Position numbers and translations under genes: made by a program | Shown: piece after piece, positions 34,287 to 47,079 of the stretch | Numbering within the stretch: the stretch's first letter is position 1 | Layout: each line of letters starts with the position of its first letter | From: Lophium mytilinum | Taxonomy: Eukaryota | NCBI GenBank assembly: GCA_010093605.1 | Contig: MU004182.1 | Coordinates: 2,589,195 to 2,653,194, forward strand | Reading direction: 5' to 3' | Length of the DNA: 64,000 bases | The notes under the pieces: model-generated | The model's input: the letters and a program-made list of their open reading frames with translations, nothing else | What the model was told of the DNA's origin: nothing | The model's database searches: none

Positions 34287-36144
34287 ATGTTGGGCTTTAC
34301 AGCCTCGCGCACCCAGATTGCGACCTACCTCTTCTGCATCGCGCTCTTCAGCATATCCTTCCTGGTCTTCCTCAATAGCTCCGTTTCCTTCGTCATCACC
34401 CAGCGCATAGGGCAACAAGACAAAGTCGGCGATGCGGTCGGCACTCTTGGTTTTGCGGATGAATTAGTCGCGTTGGTGGCATGCCCTATGTGGGGAGTAC
34501 TGAGCGACCGCGTAGGAGTCCGGACGGTGGCGGTAACGGGCTACGCGATTGTGGGCGTGAGCCTATGGGTGTTTGTGCAAGCAGGGAACGTCTATCCGCA
34601 ATTGCTGCTTGCGAGGATGTTCTTTAGCATCGGGGGCGCGGCGACGTGAGTACCACTTCGGTTTGGTCACATATCTACCGCATGAGATTGAACGCGTGCT
34701 AATGGTATACAGCGCGACGATGGTAACAGCTATCCTCCCTACTATGACACTCCACACGTCGTCATCTGATCCCCGATCTCCAGTGAGGGGTCGCAATGGC
34801 GCGTCACATACAATGGCCGCCTCTATATCCTCAGAGCTCACCATAACACCTGACCGCTTTCGCTCAGGCTCTCCCAATGCGGCTTCTCCTGTGAAGAGGT
34901 CTACGGCTGCATCAACCTCACAACTTGCAGGTCTTGTCGGCATGTTCACAGGACTAGGCGCATTGCTTGCGCTGGGCTTCTTTCTGCCTCTTCCTACGCG
35001 GTTCCAGAAATCCGGCGCTTCACCCTCCGCAGCAGTCGCTGATGCTTTCTACGTGGTCGGCGCAGTTGCCATTGCGATATCTGTCCTTTGTATATTCGGT
35101 CTGAGAAACCTTCCTGGGGAGGAAGAAAAAGGCTTCCGGAGGCTCCTAAGTCTCAAATCTCATAAACAAGCCGAGACGGCGAGCGCAGACCGCTCACACC
35201 TATCATACCCCCGTTTGCTCTGGAAGAGCATAATACTAGGATTCAAGAGCACGAATATAGGTCTCGGCTATCTGGGCGGCTTCGTTGCTCGGGCCTCATC
35301 AGTCGCGATATCGCTCTTCATACCACTTTTCACGAATGCGTATTTCCTACGCTCTGGCCTCTGCTCACCCGTGGACCCCACAGATCCGGCTGATATCAAA
35401 AACGCATGTCCACGCGCCTACATCCTCGCGGCTATACTGACCGGCACAAGCCAGTTGGTTGCCTTAATCTGCGCGCCCTTGTTCGGATACCTAGCTGGGA
35501 GATACCCGCGGTTCAACATTCCATTAATGGTTGCAGCAGCTGCAGGAATAGTAGGCTACGTATGGTTCGGTACGCTGCAAAGCCCAGACCCGAAAACGCA
35601 AGAAGGCTCTGGCGCTGTATTCCTCATCGTCGCACTTCTCGGTATCAGCCAAATCGGAAGCATTGTCTGCTCGCTCGCGCTCCTCGCACGCGGCATTCAG
35701 AACGATGGAAACGATGCTGGTAACAACAGCGGGAATGGCTTTGCTAACCTTGGCTCTGATCGTGCCACGTATCCTGAATCCGCAGTTCAGCCACGGTCAC
35801 TCTCTGCTGGCGCCACTCCTCTACCTAGTCCATCAATTGCGGATTCGCACGAAGAGGAGCCACTGCTCCCTGGTCATACGCCTAGCCACCTCCGCTTTCC
35901 AGTTTCGGCTTCGGACTCGAAGTCACATGCCTATCTCAAAGGGTCAATAGCTGGTACGTATAGTCTAGCTGGCGGTGCAGGAATCCTGCTCCTGACGAAA
36001 GCCGGTGGCGCCCTCTTCGATAGCGCGGGTCCTGGTAGCCCTTTCTTTATGATGGCCGGGTTTAATGCATTGCTACTCATCGTAGGAACGGCGGTGGGAC
36101 TTCGAGATGCTATCCGGGGTGGCTGGCGATCACAGCGGTCATGA
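34287..36144 (+). CDS. MFS-type membrane transporter (intron 34646-34712)
   Basis: WGVLSDRVGVR MFS motif A and multiple TM helices; GTGAGT...GCTAAT...ACAG intron joins the two ORFs. Confidence 0.85.
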
Positions 36145-36483
36145 TATAGAACCGAGCGCTTTTCAAGGTCACGGTGATTCAGCGATGTACGATGCGACGA
36201 AACAAAATCTCTTTTTCTTGGTAACGGGGGCGTCCTTACATGTTCCGGGGATCTAAGATGGCGTAGCTATGTTTTAAATACACACGATACCTGGGGTCAT
36301 TGAATTATTGCGGCGCCTTCTGGATTCTTTTACTCATCAACCAAACCGTACCACGGTACGATTTTGACCTCGATCCACCTCGAATCAGAGCATAAGTATA
36401 TCTGTCTATAGAAGACCATCTCCCACAGTCAACTTACTCAAACACTTGCTTTTCGATTCTCGCAGTCAAAAGTCTCTGCTACT

Positions 36484-37830
36484 ATGCGTTACTCCTTTGT
36501 CGCGGCAGGCATCTGCCTTCCCATCCTCGCCCTGGGAACACCTATCCACTACCCCAAGATCTCTTCGCTGGACCACCACATCCACCCGCTCACACGCAAC
36601 CACACGCCCGTCTCATCCAGTTTTGAGTTTGGCGCAGTCATCGAGCACTTAGCTACTAATTACTCAAAAGTTGTGTCAAACCCCACGCCACGTGGACACG
36701 GACCTCTGAAGAAGGAGATCGTCAACGACGGCCCCGTTCCTAAGTCCAATGCAACTAATGTCAATGCTGCGTCTTGCGATCATGGCGGCGCTATCAACGC
36801 CGGCTGCCCTGGCCATGAGAATGAGGATGGCAAGGTCGTCGCAGACGAGATCAAACCCCGCGGCGAGTATGACATGATCCCGAATTTCACTTCGAAGGCC
36901 TTTGCGAGGCTACTGGCTCATTGCTCTACTCGGGAGTCCTCTCCTAAGACTCCAGGATGTCCCCGCTACATGTACGACGACGGCCACGTTGCTGCGCACG
37001 GTGAGGGGGACGTCGAGGCTATCGTCCCGCACAAAGTCGACACCACGGAGCCCATCGTGCCGCACCATATCCCCACTATTGATCCCATTGTTCCACATGA
37101 GCTTAACACCACGGAGCCCATCGTGCCGCACCACCTCCCCACCATTGATCATCGCATTAACCCGCATGAGCTCAACACCACGGAGGAGCCTCCGAGTCGT
37201 ACGCCCGTCGACGTTACTAAGAGCTCCATGCCTGGCATATCTGGCCGGGTTTTACCTTCCGATGAACACACATGGGCGAAAATGCGACACGCTAAACGTG
37301 TCAAACACGTAAAAGCAGTGGCGGCAATGAAAAACATGACTTCGTCCGAGTGGTTGTATCTGTACTACTCCATCGGACAGCACAAGCCGGCCCAGAACCT
37401 GAGCGCCCACCTGTGGGACGATGTGAAGGAGATCATGGGCCCAATGACCGAAGCTGTGGCTACAAAACTCATACTCGAAAACCGCCCAGCTAGCGTTGAC
37501 AAGCCCTCTGATGGTCCCATATCCCACACCACCAAGGATCCCGCTTCCCGCAATCTCACCGCTCGGGGTGTCGCACCCGCTGCTGAACCGGAGACCAAGG
37601 ACACGGAGCAGCCGTTCATGGAGGAGGGAGATTCGACCATGCAGAAGATGCACGACTACACCTGGAAAGCTTGCAATCACCCTGGCGTTGTCAACAGCCA
37701 CTGCGCCGAGTACCCCATTCCGCCGTCGACGGGCGAAAAACCTCCAGCCAATAGCACTGCGCCCGGCATCGCTCCTACGAAAGCAGATCAGAAGCCCGTC
37801 GGGTACCCTTCACCTGAGCCAAAGAAATAA
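36484..37830 (+). CDS. Secreted His/Pro/Thr-rich repeat protein, unknown function
   Basis: Signal peptide MRYSFVAAGICLPILALG; 66-69 bp internal repeats (TTEPIVPHH.PTID); three Cys pairs. Confidence 0.75.
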   Translation: MRYSFVAAGICLPILALGTPIHYPKISSLDHHIHPLTRNHTPVSSSFEFGAVIEHLATNYSKVVSNPTPRGHGPLKKEIVNDGPVPKSNATNVNAASCDHGGAINAGCPGHENEDGKVVADEIKPRGEYDMIPNFTSKAFARLLAHCSTRESSPKTPGCPRYMYDDGHVAAHGEGDVEAIVPHKVDTTEPIVPHHIPTIDPIVPHELNTTEPIVPHHLPTIDHRINPHELNTTEEPPSRTPVDVTKSSMPGISGRVLPSDEHTWAKMRHAKRVKHVKAVAAMKNMTSSEWLYLYYSIGQHKPAQNLSAHLWDDVKEIMGPMTEAVATKLILENRPASVDKPSDGPISHTTKDPASRNLTARGVAPAAEPETKDTEQPFMEEGDSTMQKMHDYTWKACNHPGVVNSHCAEYPIPPSTGEKPPANSTAPGIAPTKADQKPVGYPSPEPKK

Positions 37831-38045
37831 GAACGGATTGCATTCTGTCTGATGTTTGGTTACGGTTGTGGCAAGTTGAGAGGGCCGGGCCATGTTTAAC
37901 ATCCTCTTTTGCGTTGAGGTGTAAGCGCCAACGGAGTCATTCAGGAAACAAGGGAGAGAATCAATTGAGAGGGGATCAAATTGGTTATTATGAGGCCTTC
38001 ATTCTGGTATATACGGAGTAAAGGCGCACAAAATTGGGAACTTTT

Positions 38046-40394
38046 TCACTTTTCGGTCGTAGTTGTTGGGGCATGGGTCGCACTCTGTTTGGTGGTAGTA
38101 TGCTCGAGGCGCTCGGAGTCGGCATGCGCCGCAGCGACTAGATTGTGGCCCTCGCTAGGATATGTTGTTAGCTAATTATTTCAATGGTGCTTTAAAGTTG
38201 TGCAAGACTTGCCGAAGGTATAGATCTGGGAGGAAGATTGCCATGCCCAGAATCAAGACTGACACGCCGAGGGCGACGTAGCTGATGTATCGTAGGACGT
38301 CGGAGTACTAACTCATCGCGTTAGTAGCTGTCTCCACAGTCTTTAAGCTCTCGAACTGAGGGAGAAGACGATACTTTAAAGAGCATCCAGAAACGTTAGT
38401 GAAAAAATAGATACTCACAGCCAAGCCAACCGCAACTCTCTCCACACTCCCCTCCGGCGGAATCCCATCCGTAATCGAGTTAAAAACAGCATCGATAACC
38501 GACTGACTCGCCCCACCCCCAAGCCTAGCCTTCAACCGATCCTTGAACGTCCCCGTATATATCCCGCCCGCAATCGCGGACCCAATGGAGCTACCTACGA
38601 ACTGGAACAGCAGCATCACCGCCGTCACCTGCGCCATCTCGGCATGCGGCACGACAATCTGCGCACCGACGATGATGACGATCACGATAAGACCGTCTCC
38701 GATGCCTTGAACTGACTGCACCACGAAGAGCTCGGCGATGGAGTTAGAGGCACCGCGCCAGCGAACCATGAGGCCGTATCCGATGAAACGGATGCATGCG
38801 CCCGCGACGACGAACCATTTGTATCGGCGGAACTTGCCAATTACGAGGCCTATGATCATGGCAACGAAGAATTGCCACACGCCGTTGGTGTACTGAAGAA
38901 AAGTCGCATCGCGTGGTCCGAAGTTGTGCACGATGGTGGACCAGGCGTACAGGTACGTGTGCGTGGCTGAGAAGGCCATGGTGTCGAACGCCCCGATAAG
39001 GCCGCACATGATGATGGTGCTGTTCTTGAAGTAGTGTGGGGGCAGGATTGGGTGTTTAGCGACGTATTTCTCATATGGGACCAGAGCGATGAGCGTGACG
39101 ACTCCAAGGGCGATCAAGACGTCGATGTAAGGGGTAGACCAGCGATTCGTAGTCGTCGCCGCTAGCGTAAAGGGCAGAAGAAACATGGCCAGGCCCGCGC
39201 AGAGCAGAAAGGACCCTCCGAGATCGATTAGGGAGCAGAAGTTGACCACGGACATCTTGCGGGTGAGAATGATGTGGCTTTTCTTCGCTTTACGCTGGAA
39301 GTAGAGGAGGGGGATGATGATGAAGCAGGCGCAAAAGGGCATCAGTATGGCGAACATGCCGATTCCCCATCGCCATCCTATTCCCTGTGGAGTGTTAGAA
39401 CAGTTTGGTCGGTTTTTGGATACAGAAGGGGGAAGAAAGGTCGGTCCCACACCCCAATAACTGCTTCCGTGATGAAAGCAGAGACCCAAGGAATAATCAA
39501 GAATGGAAAAAAGAGGAAACTGAGCGCAAAAGTTCTCCATTTCATCGATGTTATATCAGAAATGATGATGCTTGAACGAAGTTAGCATTAGTTGGCCAAT
39601 ACAGGAAAGAGGAAAGACGTACTCGTTCAAAAGGTTAGTCCCAGTCTGGCCAATGGTATAGAAGACCTGACCGCCCGCATACATCCCAAAAGACTTGCTG
39701 GAGGCACTGAGGATGTAACCGAGGACATAGAACGAAACAGTGAGGCAGTACGCCTCTCCGCGGCCAACGACATCGGAGAACTTGGCGACTGGCGGCTTCG
39801 CCACGGCGAACAGGATGGTGCACGCCGTGCCGACTGTCGAGATGGCCGAGACTTTGTTGTAGCTAGAAGCGGCGTAGTTGTTGTAGTTATATATGGTCGC
39901 GTTGTCCAGCTCACTGCCCCCGCATCAGCATCCTTCAACCCAGCTCAACAGCAAGACTTACTATATAATCATCATCATAGCAAGCCTACTCCAGTCAGCA
40001 AAGCTTGCACGCTATAAGAGTGTAGTCCCAGATCAACCTACCCAGCCCAAATAATCTTCTTCCCATGCTTCCCCCAAACCTTCATCAGCGCCTCCGCCCT
40101 CACCACACCCCCCGCCGTATCCTCTTCCTGCACAATCAGCCCCTCCCCCTTCACCGGACCATCCTCAAGCTCATGCTGCTCGTCCGTTCCCTCGATGTAG
40201 TCATCCACAGCCGGCGCACGCTGGAACGCGTTCTTCAGAACACCAGAAATGCCCATATCGATGTCGTCGACTTGCTCGAGTTCGATATCGTCGCTACCCA
40301 CAGGCGTATACTCGTATTCAGCTCTCCGTCCGTCTTCGACTCTGGCGGATGAGGAGCTCTTAAAGAGTCGTTGCATCTCACTCACGGCGCCCAT
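38046..40394 (-). CDS. Siderophore-iron transporter (SIT/ARN family MFS)
   Basis: AKPPVAKFSDVVGR, GIGWRWGIGMFAI, QIVVPHAEMAQVTA and GSAIAGGIY motifs. Several introns; the last is GC-AG (38212-38155). Start codon uncertain (40394 or 40376). Confidence 0.88.
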
Positions 40395-41015
40395 GACTCT
40401 CACTCGGAATTGATCTTATCGCGCATGGTTACAGCCGCGATTGGGCACTCGGTATCGCAGAGGTTACACATGGCCGCGTCTGCCGTCCGGCACACCGTTG
40501 AAGCTAGTCGGCGCAGGGATCGTCGTCGACATCACCACCGCACCAATAGCGCTTCATTGGCTCGCGATAAAGGTGTGAGATGCAGGGGACCGCATCCAGC
40601 ACCAGCGCGCTTCGGGAAAGTAATGCTCGCCATGCTTGTTCTTATCAGATCATGGAGAGCAAGGCTGGAGATAGCTACGAAAGTGCCGTCTTGGGGGACG
40701 GTTGCAAGGGGAGGAATCTGGGGTAGTTGTGCTTCTAGGCGTGAGGTTGTATCTACGCTATCCCGGTCTCTCCACACTAGGACGAGTCTCCGTTCTAGGT
40801 TAGGATTGGCGATACCCCACTTTTGAGCCTCAAGCTGTTGTACTTCTCTTTGGATGTACTTGTTATTGTGTAGTATTGTATATAAATGCACGACGAAAAA
40901 TAAATATTCGTGCTTGCTTGTCAATGCTGACGGATTAGTACGACTTCTCAAGCAGACTAGTGCAAGTTCGAGGAGCAATGAAGTAGATTAAGAGGCGCGG
41001 CTGGTATATGTACAA

Positions 41016-43079
41016 CTAGTCGTCCAAGTCTCGTGTCGAGTCCCCCGTCGCAAGAGTATCAGTGTCCGTCCCCTGGCTCGGCGGCCTGTCGTTCTCATCC
41101 GCCTTGGAGTCTGATGGTAGTGGCGCGGCCTGGACGCCCGCCGGAGGGTGAGCGTATCCGAAGCCCTCACTATCTTCAGCATCCAGCTGCATCAGGTATG
41201 TTTCCCATATCTCGATCAGCTATCATGAGTCAGTATCAAGGTGAGATTGAATGGTGACGAGGAAAGAAGATAACCGAGGCAAGAGGATTGACTCGTAACG
41301 TACCTCCTTCTGCGCTTCTACCGCGCTCTCTAGATATGTTTCCACGCCAGACTTGAAATCCTCGACTTTCTCCCTTTCAAACCTGTCTAACTCTGCTCGC
41401 ATTAATCGGCCCATGTCTTCGAACAGCAACCTCGCTTGGTGAACACGGCGTTCAGCATCCGCCACATCTGCGCTAAGTTGATTTAGTCGGTCTTGCTGTG
41501 ATCTGCCTTGCCTGAGAAGCTTGTCCTGGTTCGTCTTGCGTTTCTGTAACTCCGATTCCGCGTTGTGCCATGTGTGGTACGCTTTCTGTCGCTGCTGGAA
41601 TGCTGTCTTGACTGACCCAATGAGACGAATGTATTCGTCAATAACAATGCCTAGCGTCAAAACATCTTGCTGAGCTTGGCGTTCATACAGTTCGCGAATG
41701 CGAATTTGTATGTCCGACAGGCCATCAAGCGGCCCTGAAAGAGATGGCGAGAGCTCGACAGCCGCAAGAGAATGCAGTGATGCCGAGAAATCTCCACATG
41801 CCTCGGCGAGTCCTTTTCGTTGTGCGACTACAGTGTCTGTGGCTTTAAGGAGGGCCTTGAGCTGGTTCTCGAGAGCATCTAGGTAAACCTTTCGGTCGTG
41901 GAACCACTGGCACCGCATTAGCAATGAGGAGCTTACGAGAGACAGAAAAACTATACATCATCGTGCTCGATAAACTTTCCACCCCCACCAACTGATATTC
42001 CAATGGAGCCAAACATGCCCTTGCTCTCGCCCAGACCTGGGTCTTTGCGCTCCTTGTTCTTGACATCGACGTTGAAGGCGTCGCTTTCTAAGAAGAGCTT
42101 CAAGTCCCCATCATGCTGCAGTATGGGATGCGCCGTGGTTTTGTTCAGCATACGTTCTAGGGCAGATCTTCTCGACTCGACGAAGTCTGGATCGAACCTT
42201 CCTACTGCCTGCTTCTCTGGCGGCGGCGGAATGATGACGCCGGGGTTGTTATTATGGAGTTGGTTATATAGCCAGAGGAAGTCACGGAAGCGGCGCGACA
42301 CGGTGAACTCGGGATTGCGGTAGCCTTTCGAGGTAGTCTAGATTCAATGCTTTAGCAGACAGTCACAGAAGGAGTCAGGAGTCATACCTTTGTCGTGACA
42401 GTGTATTCCGTGTGCGAACTGGTGAGATCTCCCACCTTGTGGGGATCTCCCACCGTGATGTGGAAGGACGGCTTCGCTGCCTGCTCTATGCTGACGCTGG
42501 GCTGTACCTGCCGCTGAGGTGCGCTGTTGTTTGCTGGCTGCACCGGAGGCGGTATCCGCGGCCCTGTCGTAACGTTCTCCTCGTCGTCATCGTCGAGATT
42601 GACCGAGTCCATCATGCTCCGGACAGACGTTGTCGAAGACGTTGTCGGTTGCCTACGTGCAGATGCAATCTCCTTTTGCGGAGGCGCCGGGGGTTCATCA
42701 GCCTGTGAGGGCGGTGTTGGCGCTCCCAATGGCCCAAGAGGGTCATCTACAGCTTCGAGTCGAGTGGGTTGGGTGCCATACTGACGCCTGCGTCCACGAC
42801 CAGCGGGGGATCTCTGAGTAGCAGAGACATTGGGAACGGAGGCGGCGGTACTCTTGGGGGGTTCGAGGGGTTCTAGAGGGAAATTAGGAAACGCACTGCT
42901 AGCTGGAGGTTGTAGGCATACCTGAAGGCTTGGGGTGATCGTCATTCGACTTGGATAGGTTGTTGCTCGAGTTTGATCGCGACGGCACATCTGAAGCTTG
43001 TCAGCAATCTGATTAAAAGAAATGGAGTCAGGCGGCACGAACCTCCCCACGGAGAACTGCCTTCGTCGCCCAGATCCAT
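41016..43079 (-). CDS. VPS5: Retromer sorting nexin Vps5 (PX + BAR)
   Basis: ITVGDPHKVGDLTSSH, RRFRDFLWLY, PPPPEKQAVGRF and EDFKSGVETYLESAVEAQKE|LIEIWETYL; start MDLGDEGSSPWG. Confidence 0.93.
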
Positions 43080-43814
43080 TTTGGTGGGCGTGCTGAGGTC
43101 TGGTGTTGGTGCGCCGGCTGCGAATGGCATCGACTTGCAGGTGGAATCGAGCGTCGGGAAGGGTCACGTGATGTATTAGGCGGCACCACTGCCGGCGCGA
43201 ATGAAGAGCCTCGAGAGCTCCCTGTCGGTCCCTGGACTTTAGCATCAGGCTAATGCTCGAGGACAGGCCTAGATTGCTGCTGATTGCTTCCAGAAATACT
43301 ACAGCCTTGCTAATTGCACTCGAAAACACACCATTATCGTCTTCGCCCATATGCACATTTAAGCAATGGCCTGCGGGGTAGGTGTTTTTATCATGTGCCA
43401 CAGCCTTCTCTGTTGCCTCGCCCTTGGAGGTGAGGGTGAGGCCGGCCACTATTCTGGACCTACTTAAACGCCATCCTCCCCAGATGTCTCCCTTTCCGTC
43501 CGGTATGTAGCTGCTTTTGCTGTCTGATTTCGCACGGCTGTACTCTACCTACGTCTCCAATTGCGGAAGATGCTGCGCCATTGAGTCCCGAGCCATCAGC
43601 ACCCTTCAGGCGTCCTGCGCCCCTCCCGCACTCCAGCCTACCTCTTCGCGCACCCATCTGTGCTGCTCCAATTATCTGGAATCTAGGGGCTCTTTTCCTT
43701 GCAAGCACCCTTGAGGTGGTGGTGATTTTTCACCAATCTGTGTCTGACGCCTTTCACCACCATCAGGACATCCGGACATCACGACCGTCACACCACCCAC
43801 AGCCTTTGGACAAG

Positions 43815-46541
43815 ATGGCTCAAGACACGTCAGCTAGCTACACGTATCCCACTCCTCCTTTCATCAAGGCCGAGGACTCTCCGTCACCTCCGCCCGTAAC
43901 AGATACTGCCTCCGAACTCGAGCGGCCCCAATCGAACGGGACCACGGCGAACCCTCCTACTGCCTTCGCAGCTGCACAGATACCTTTCGACAACAAGGAC
44001 CCGGAAGGGTATTTGAGAAAATGTGCGGCATACAACAAGCGGACCGGGAAGAGATGTGAAAACGTGTTCGGCAAGGGAACAATGAACTCCCGCAACGGCA
44101 TTAATAGCAACCCAGAATACCTGGCAACATGCCATTCTCACAAGGGCCAGCTCTTCTTTGCTGGCCGGTGTCAGTACTCTGACCGTGCTGGAGAGCTTTG
44201 CGGGCGCCTTTTCAAATGGACCAAGCCCTACTTCCAACTTTGCAACGAGCACATGGGGCATCCAGACACGCCTTGCTACATTATGAAGCTTCCATTGGAG
44301 TTGAGACGCGAGATATATCGATATCTGATACCTAAAGGGCCCATTGGATCATCGACTGTCCCACAGCACGAGAATCCCCCTTTCGCTTTGCATTCCGCTG
44401 TACACGTTCCTCCCGTTCGCGCGACTCATCCAAGTTTCCTTCCACCTCCACCACCTCCACCACCTCCACCACCTGTTAATCCACATTTCGCTCCAGGGAA
44501 TATGAATGTCATGATACCCGCGACTCTGGGAGTACCCGCCCAAAACCGGTCATTCATGTCATTGTTGTTGATCAATAATCAAATTACTGCTGAGGTCTTA
44601 GATCTGCTGTACGGCACGATCCCCTTTACGATCGATATCCGCAAAGATGGAACTTTCATGTGCGGTAGGAGGCTTCTCGAAGCAAAGCCTGCTGAAGGAG
44701 GTCCCTTCGCGCCAGTATCAGCATCAGCAGACGAAAGCCTGGAGAAATTCCTCAAATCTTTCCAGTTCAGAGCTGTCAAAAATTACCACGTCGACATTTT
44801 AGTAGAAAATAGGCAGGAAACTGGTCCAGCCTTAGGAGGGCGACAACGCCGTCAACCTTGGTGGAGCGAAGAAGTAGAGCTGTACGACTTGAGAGACTAC
44901 GTCTCGGTGGCAGTGTCCGGAATACTTGCGAAGGCTACGAATCTCTCTCGCCTTATTGTGAGAGTCGGCGTTTCAGGGTTCAACTGGTCCGAAAGGGACC
45001 TCATTTCGAAGCTTCAGACAGTGGTAGAGCCATTCACCAGGCTCCGCAAAGTTGTGCAACCAAAACTACTTGGGGTCTATGACGGGCAGATCAACAATAA
45101 CTACTCCTGGATGATGCCCTTTGCTGGCCAAGCTAATGGCACTTTGTACTCAGTGCCAAGACTTCCTACGCAGAAACTCCTACTTGGAAATAGTAGCGCC
45201 GAATTAACACAAGAGTTTGAAGACTACAAGAAGACATGGGAGCGGACTATCTCGCGAAATACGCCGCCTCCTCCACGTCCTCCGATTCGTGCCATGTTCT
45301 CGGAGCTGAAAACCTTCTACACTAAACTCCACCAATTTATACCGGACATATATCGCTCTGCGCAACATAGTTTTCTTCACCGCGCGAGAGTCGCGCGAGA
45401 AAATGAAGATGTGATAGCATTCCGGGAAGTCCGTAATGAGCTCATTGGCTACTGGAATCAATACCTGGAAGAGGAAGAGCAGAAAAAGGAAGATATGAAC
45501 CAGAAAATGTGTCGGATGCTAGACGTGGATTCATATCCCTCGGAAGAGACTGAGGACGAGCCGACTAAGACCCCTGTAGAGCCTGGATCGCCTGATTACC
45601 TAGAGCTCCTAAAGGCGGCAGATGATGATCCGAATCTGCCAGCTCAGCGCTTCAATGTCAGACAGCTACAGCGCCAAGTTCTCATCCAACGACAGATGAT
45701 GTTCAGGATGCAATCGCAGGCACAGGCTCAGGCTGTAATGCAAACTCGGCAAGTACATTCGGCAGCTCAGCAGGCTTCAATGGCCTCCGGAACCTCCACA
45801 AATCAAACATCGCCGCAAGCAACAAACAACTCGAATAGTGGAGTGACTTCTGGATCGAGCTCTAGTTCTACAGCTAGCTCCTCGTCGAACACGGTGCAAT
45901 CAAGCTCTTCGTCCCAGCCCGCTGCGACAATGTGCAAACAAGTGGCTGGGCAAGTCGATATGCTTTCTCCCTTGGGAAACCCAGATGCTACCCTTCTCGA
46001 TCCGGCTTTGCCCATCATCGACGTTTACCAAAACCCACCTCGTCGTTCTGAGTATGCGGAACTCCAATGTTTTCCGTCCATTTACCCCTCGAGCACTGCG
46101 AGAGATCAAGGGCAAATGCAGATTCAAGATCAATATGTGCAGGCACAACAACGACTAGTTCAGGCCCAAGCACAACAACAACAACTAGCTCAAGCCCAAT
46201 CCCAGCAAATGACGCAAGCCCAAAGGCAACAGTTGGCACAGCACTTTCATCGACAACAAGCACAAGCACAAGCCCAAGCCCAAGCCCAAGCCCAAGCCAA
46301 CGCGCAAGCCGCACCTCACAGCGGCATGTCTCCTTTCATACATTCGATGGGACGCACCCTTCAGGCGCGCAAGCGCTCAATTGACGCCGCTGGTTTGGGG
46401 TCCGAAGGGGATGCCACCGATGTCGATCCTCCAATGAAGCGTTACCAAGGCATGTCGATGGCCGGGAGCGTGGGTGGTGGCGTTGTCATCGGCGACACGA
46501 AAGGGAAGGGCAAAGCCGTGTTCATTGAAATCGACGACTAA
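43815..46541 (+). CDS. Hypothetical protein with Cys/His zinc-binding N-region, F-box-like motif and Q/A-rich C-terminus
   Basis: Long uninterrupted ORF; CAAY..KRC..TCHSH and CQY..LCGR..LCNEH motifs; IMKLPLELRREIYRYL; poly-P and QA repeats. Confidence 0.8.
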   Translation: MAQDTSASYTYPTPPFIKAEDSPSPPPVTDTASELERPQSNGTTANPPTAFAAAQIPFDNKDPEGYLRKCAAYNKRTGKRCENVFGKGTMNSRNGINSNPEYLATCHSHKGQLFFAGRCQYSDRAGELCGRLFKWTKPYFQLCNEHMGHPDTPCYIMKLPLELRREIYRYLIPKGPIGSSTVPQHENPPFALHSAVHVPPVRATHPSFLPPPPPPPPPPPVNPHFAPGNMNVMIPATLGVPAQNRSFMSLLLINNQITAEVLDLLYGTIPFTIDIRKDGTFMCGRRLLEAKPAEGGPFAPVSASADESLEKFLKSFQFRAVKNYHVDILVENRQETGPALGGRQRRQPWWSEEVELYDLRDYVSVAVSGILAKATNLSRLIVRVGVSGFNWSERDLISKLQTVVEPFTRLRKVVQPKLLGVYDGQINNNYSWMMPFAGQANGTLYSVPRLPTQKLLLGNSSAELTQEFEDYKKTWERTISRNTPPPPRPPIRAMFSELKTFYTKLHQFIPDIYRSAQHSFLHRARVARENEDVIAFREVRNELIGYWNQYLEEEEQKKEDMNQKMCRMLDVDSYPSEETEDEPTKTPVEPGSPDYLELLKAADDDPNLPAQRFNVRQLQRQVLIQRQMMFRMQSQAQAQAVMQTRQVHSAAQQASMASGTSTNQTSPQATNNSNSGVTSGSSSSSTASSSSNTVQSSSSSQPAATMCKQVAGQVDMLSPLGNPDATLLDPALPIIDVYQNPPRRSEYAELQCFPSIYPSSTARDQGQMQIQDQYVQAQQRLVQAQAQQQQLAQAQSQQMTQAQRQQLAQHFHRQQAQAQAQAQAQAQANAQAAPHSGMSPFIHSMGRTLQARKRSIDAAGLGSEGDATDVDPPMKRYQGMSMAGSVGGGVVIGDTKGKGKAVFIEIDD

Positions 46542-47079
46542 TCGGAGGCTAGGAAGGGTTTGAATCCTTTTGGCGTTACGGGCAGGTCTGCTTTCTCATA
46601 TGTTTAGGTCGGAAAGTGGTACGATACCAGACTCCATGCGATGATCAGATCAGCACCCGTAGTGTCACGTGCATATAACGTGTTCTTGGCGTTCTGGACT
46701 GCATCTGTCGATCCCGGTTTTTCCCTTCCCTTGCACGCGAAAATCGGCATCGCATCAGAGTGGGAGCTTCTGGATATTGTTTCCTCACTTTTCATCGTAA
46801 TTCTCATACCCTTGGCCCAGCGTCTGCTACTGCATTTCTCTCTCACGATTATGTATTTTCGGCTTTTAGTCTAGTGGGATGGGTTTCTAGGTAGCGACGC
46901 ATTACGACTATCAAGATTCCATAGCATATGTATACGCCGCATCCAGTATGCGGTAATGAGAATGTTTTCACCATTACTACCTCTCCTGAAGCAATCCAAT
47001 TTCCAGCCCTCTCAGCCTTGCTTAAACTCCTTCCATTCTCGTTCCTCATTTTTTCTACATCCCGTAACCCGATGCCCAT

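Noticed and set aside
42382..43449. 355-aa ORF as an N-terminal extension of VPS5
   Set aside because: It starts at GTG and runs through introns; the spliced start MDLGDEGSSPWG at 43079 fits better.
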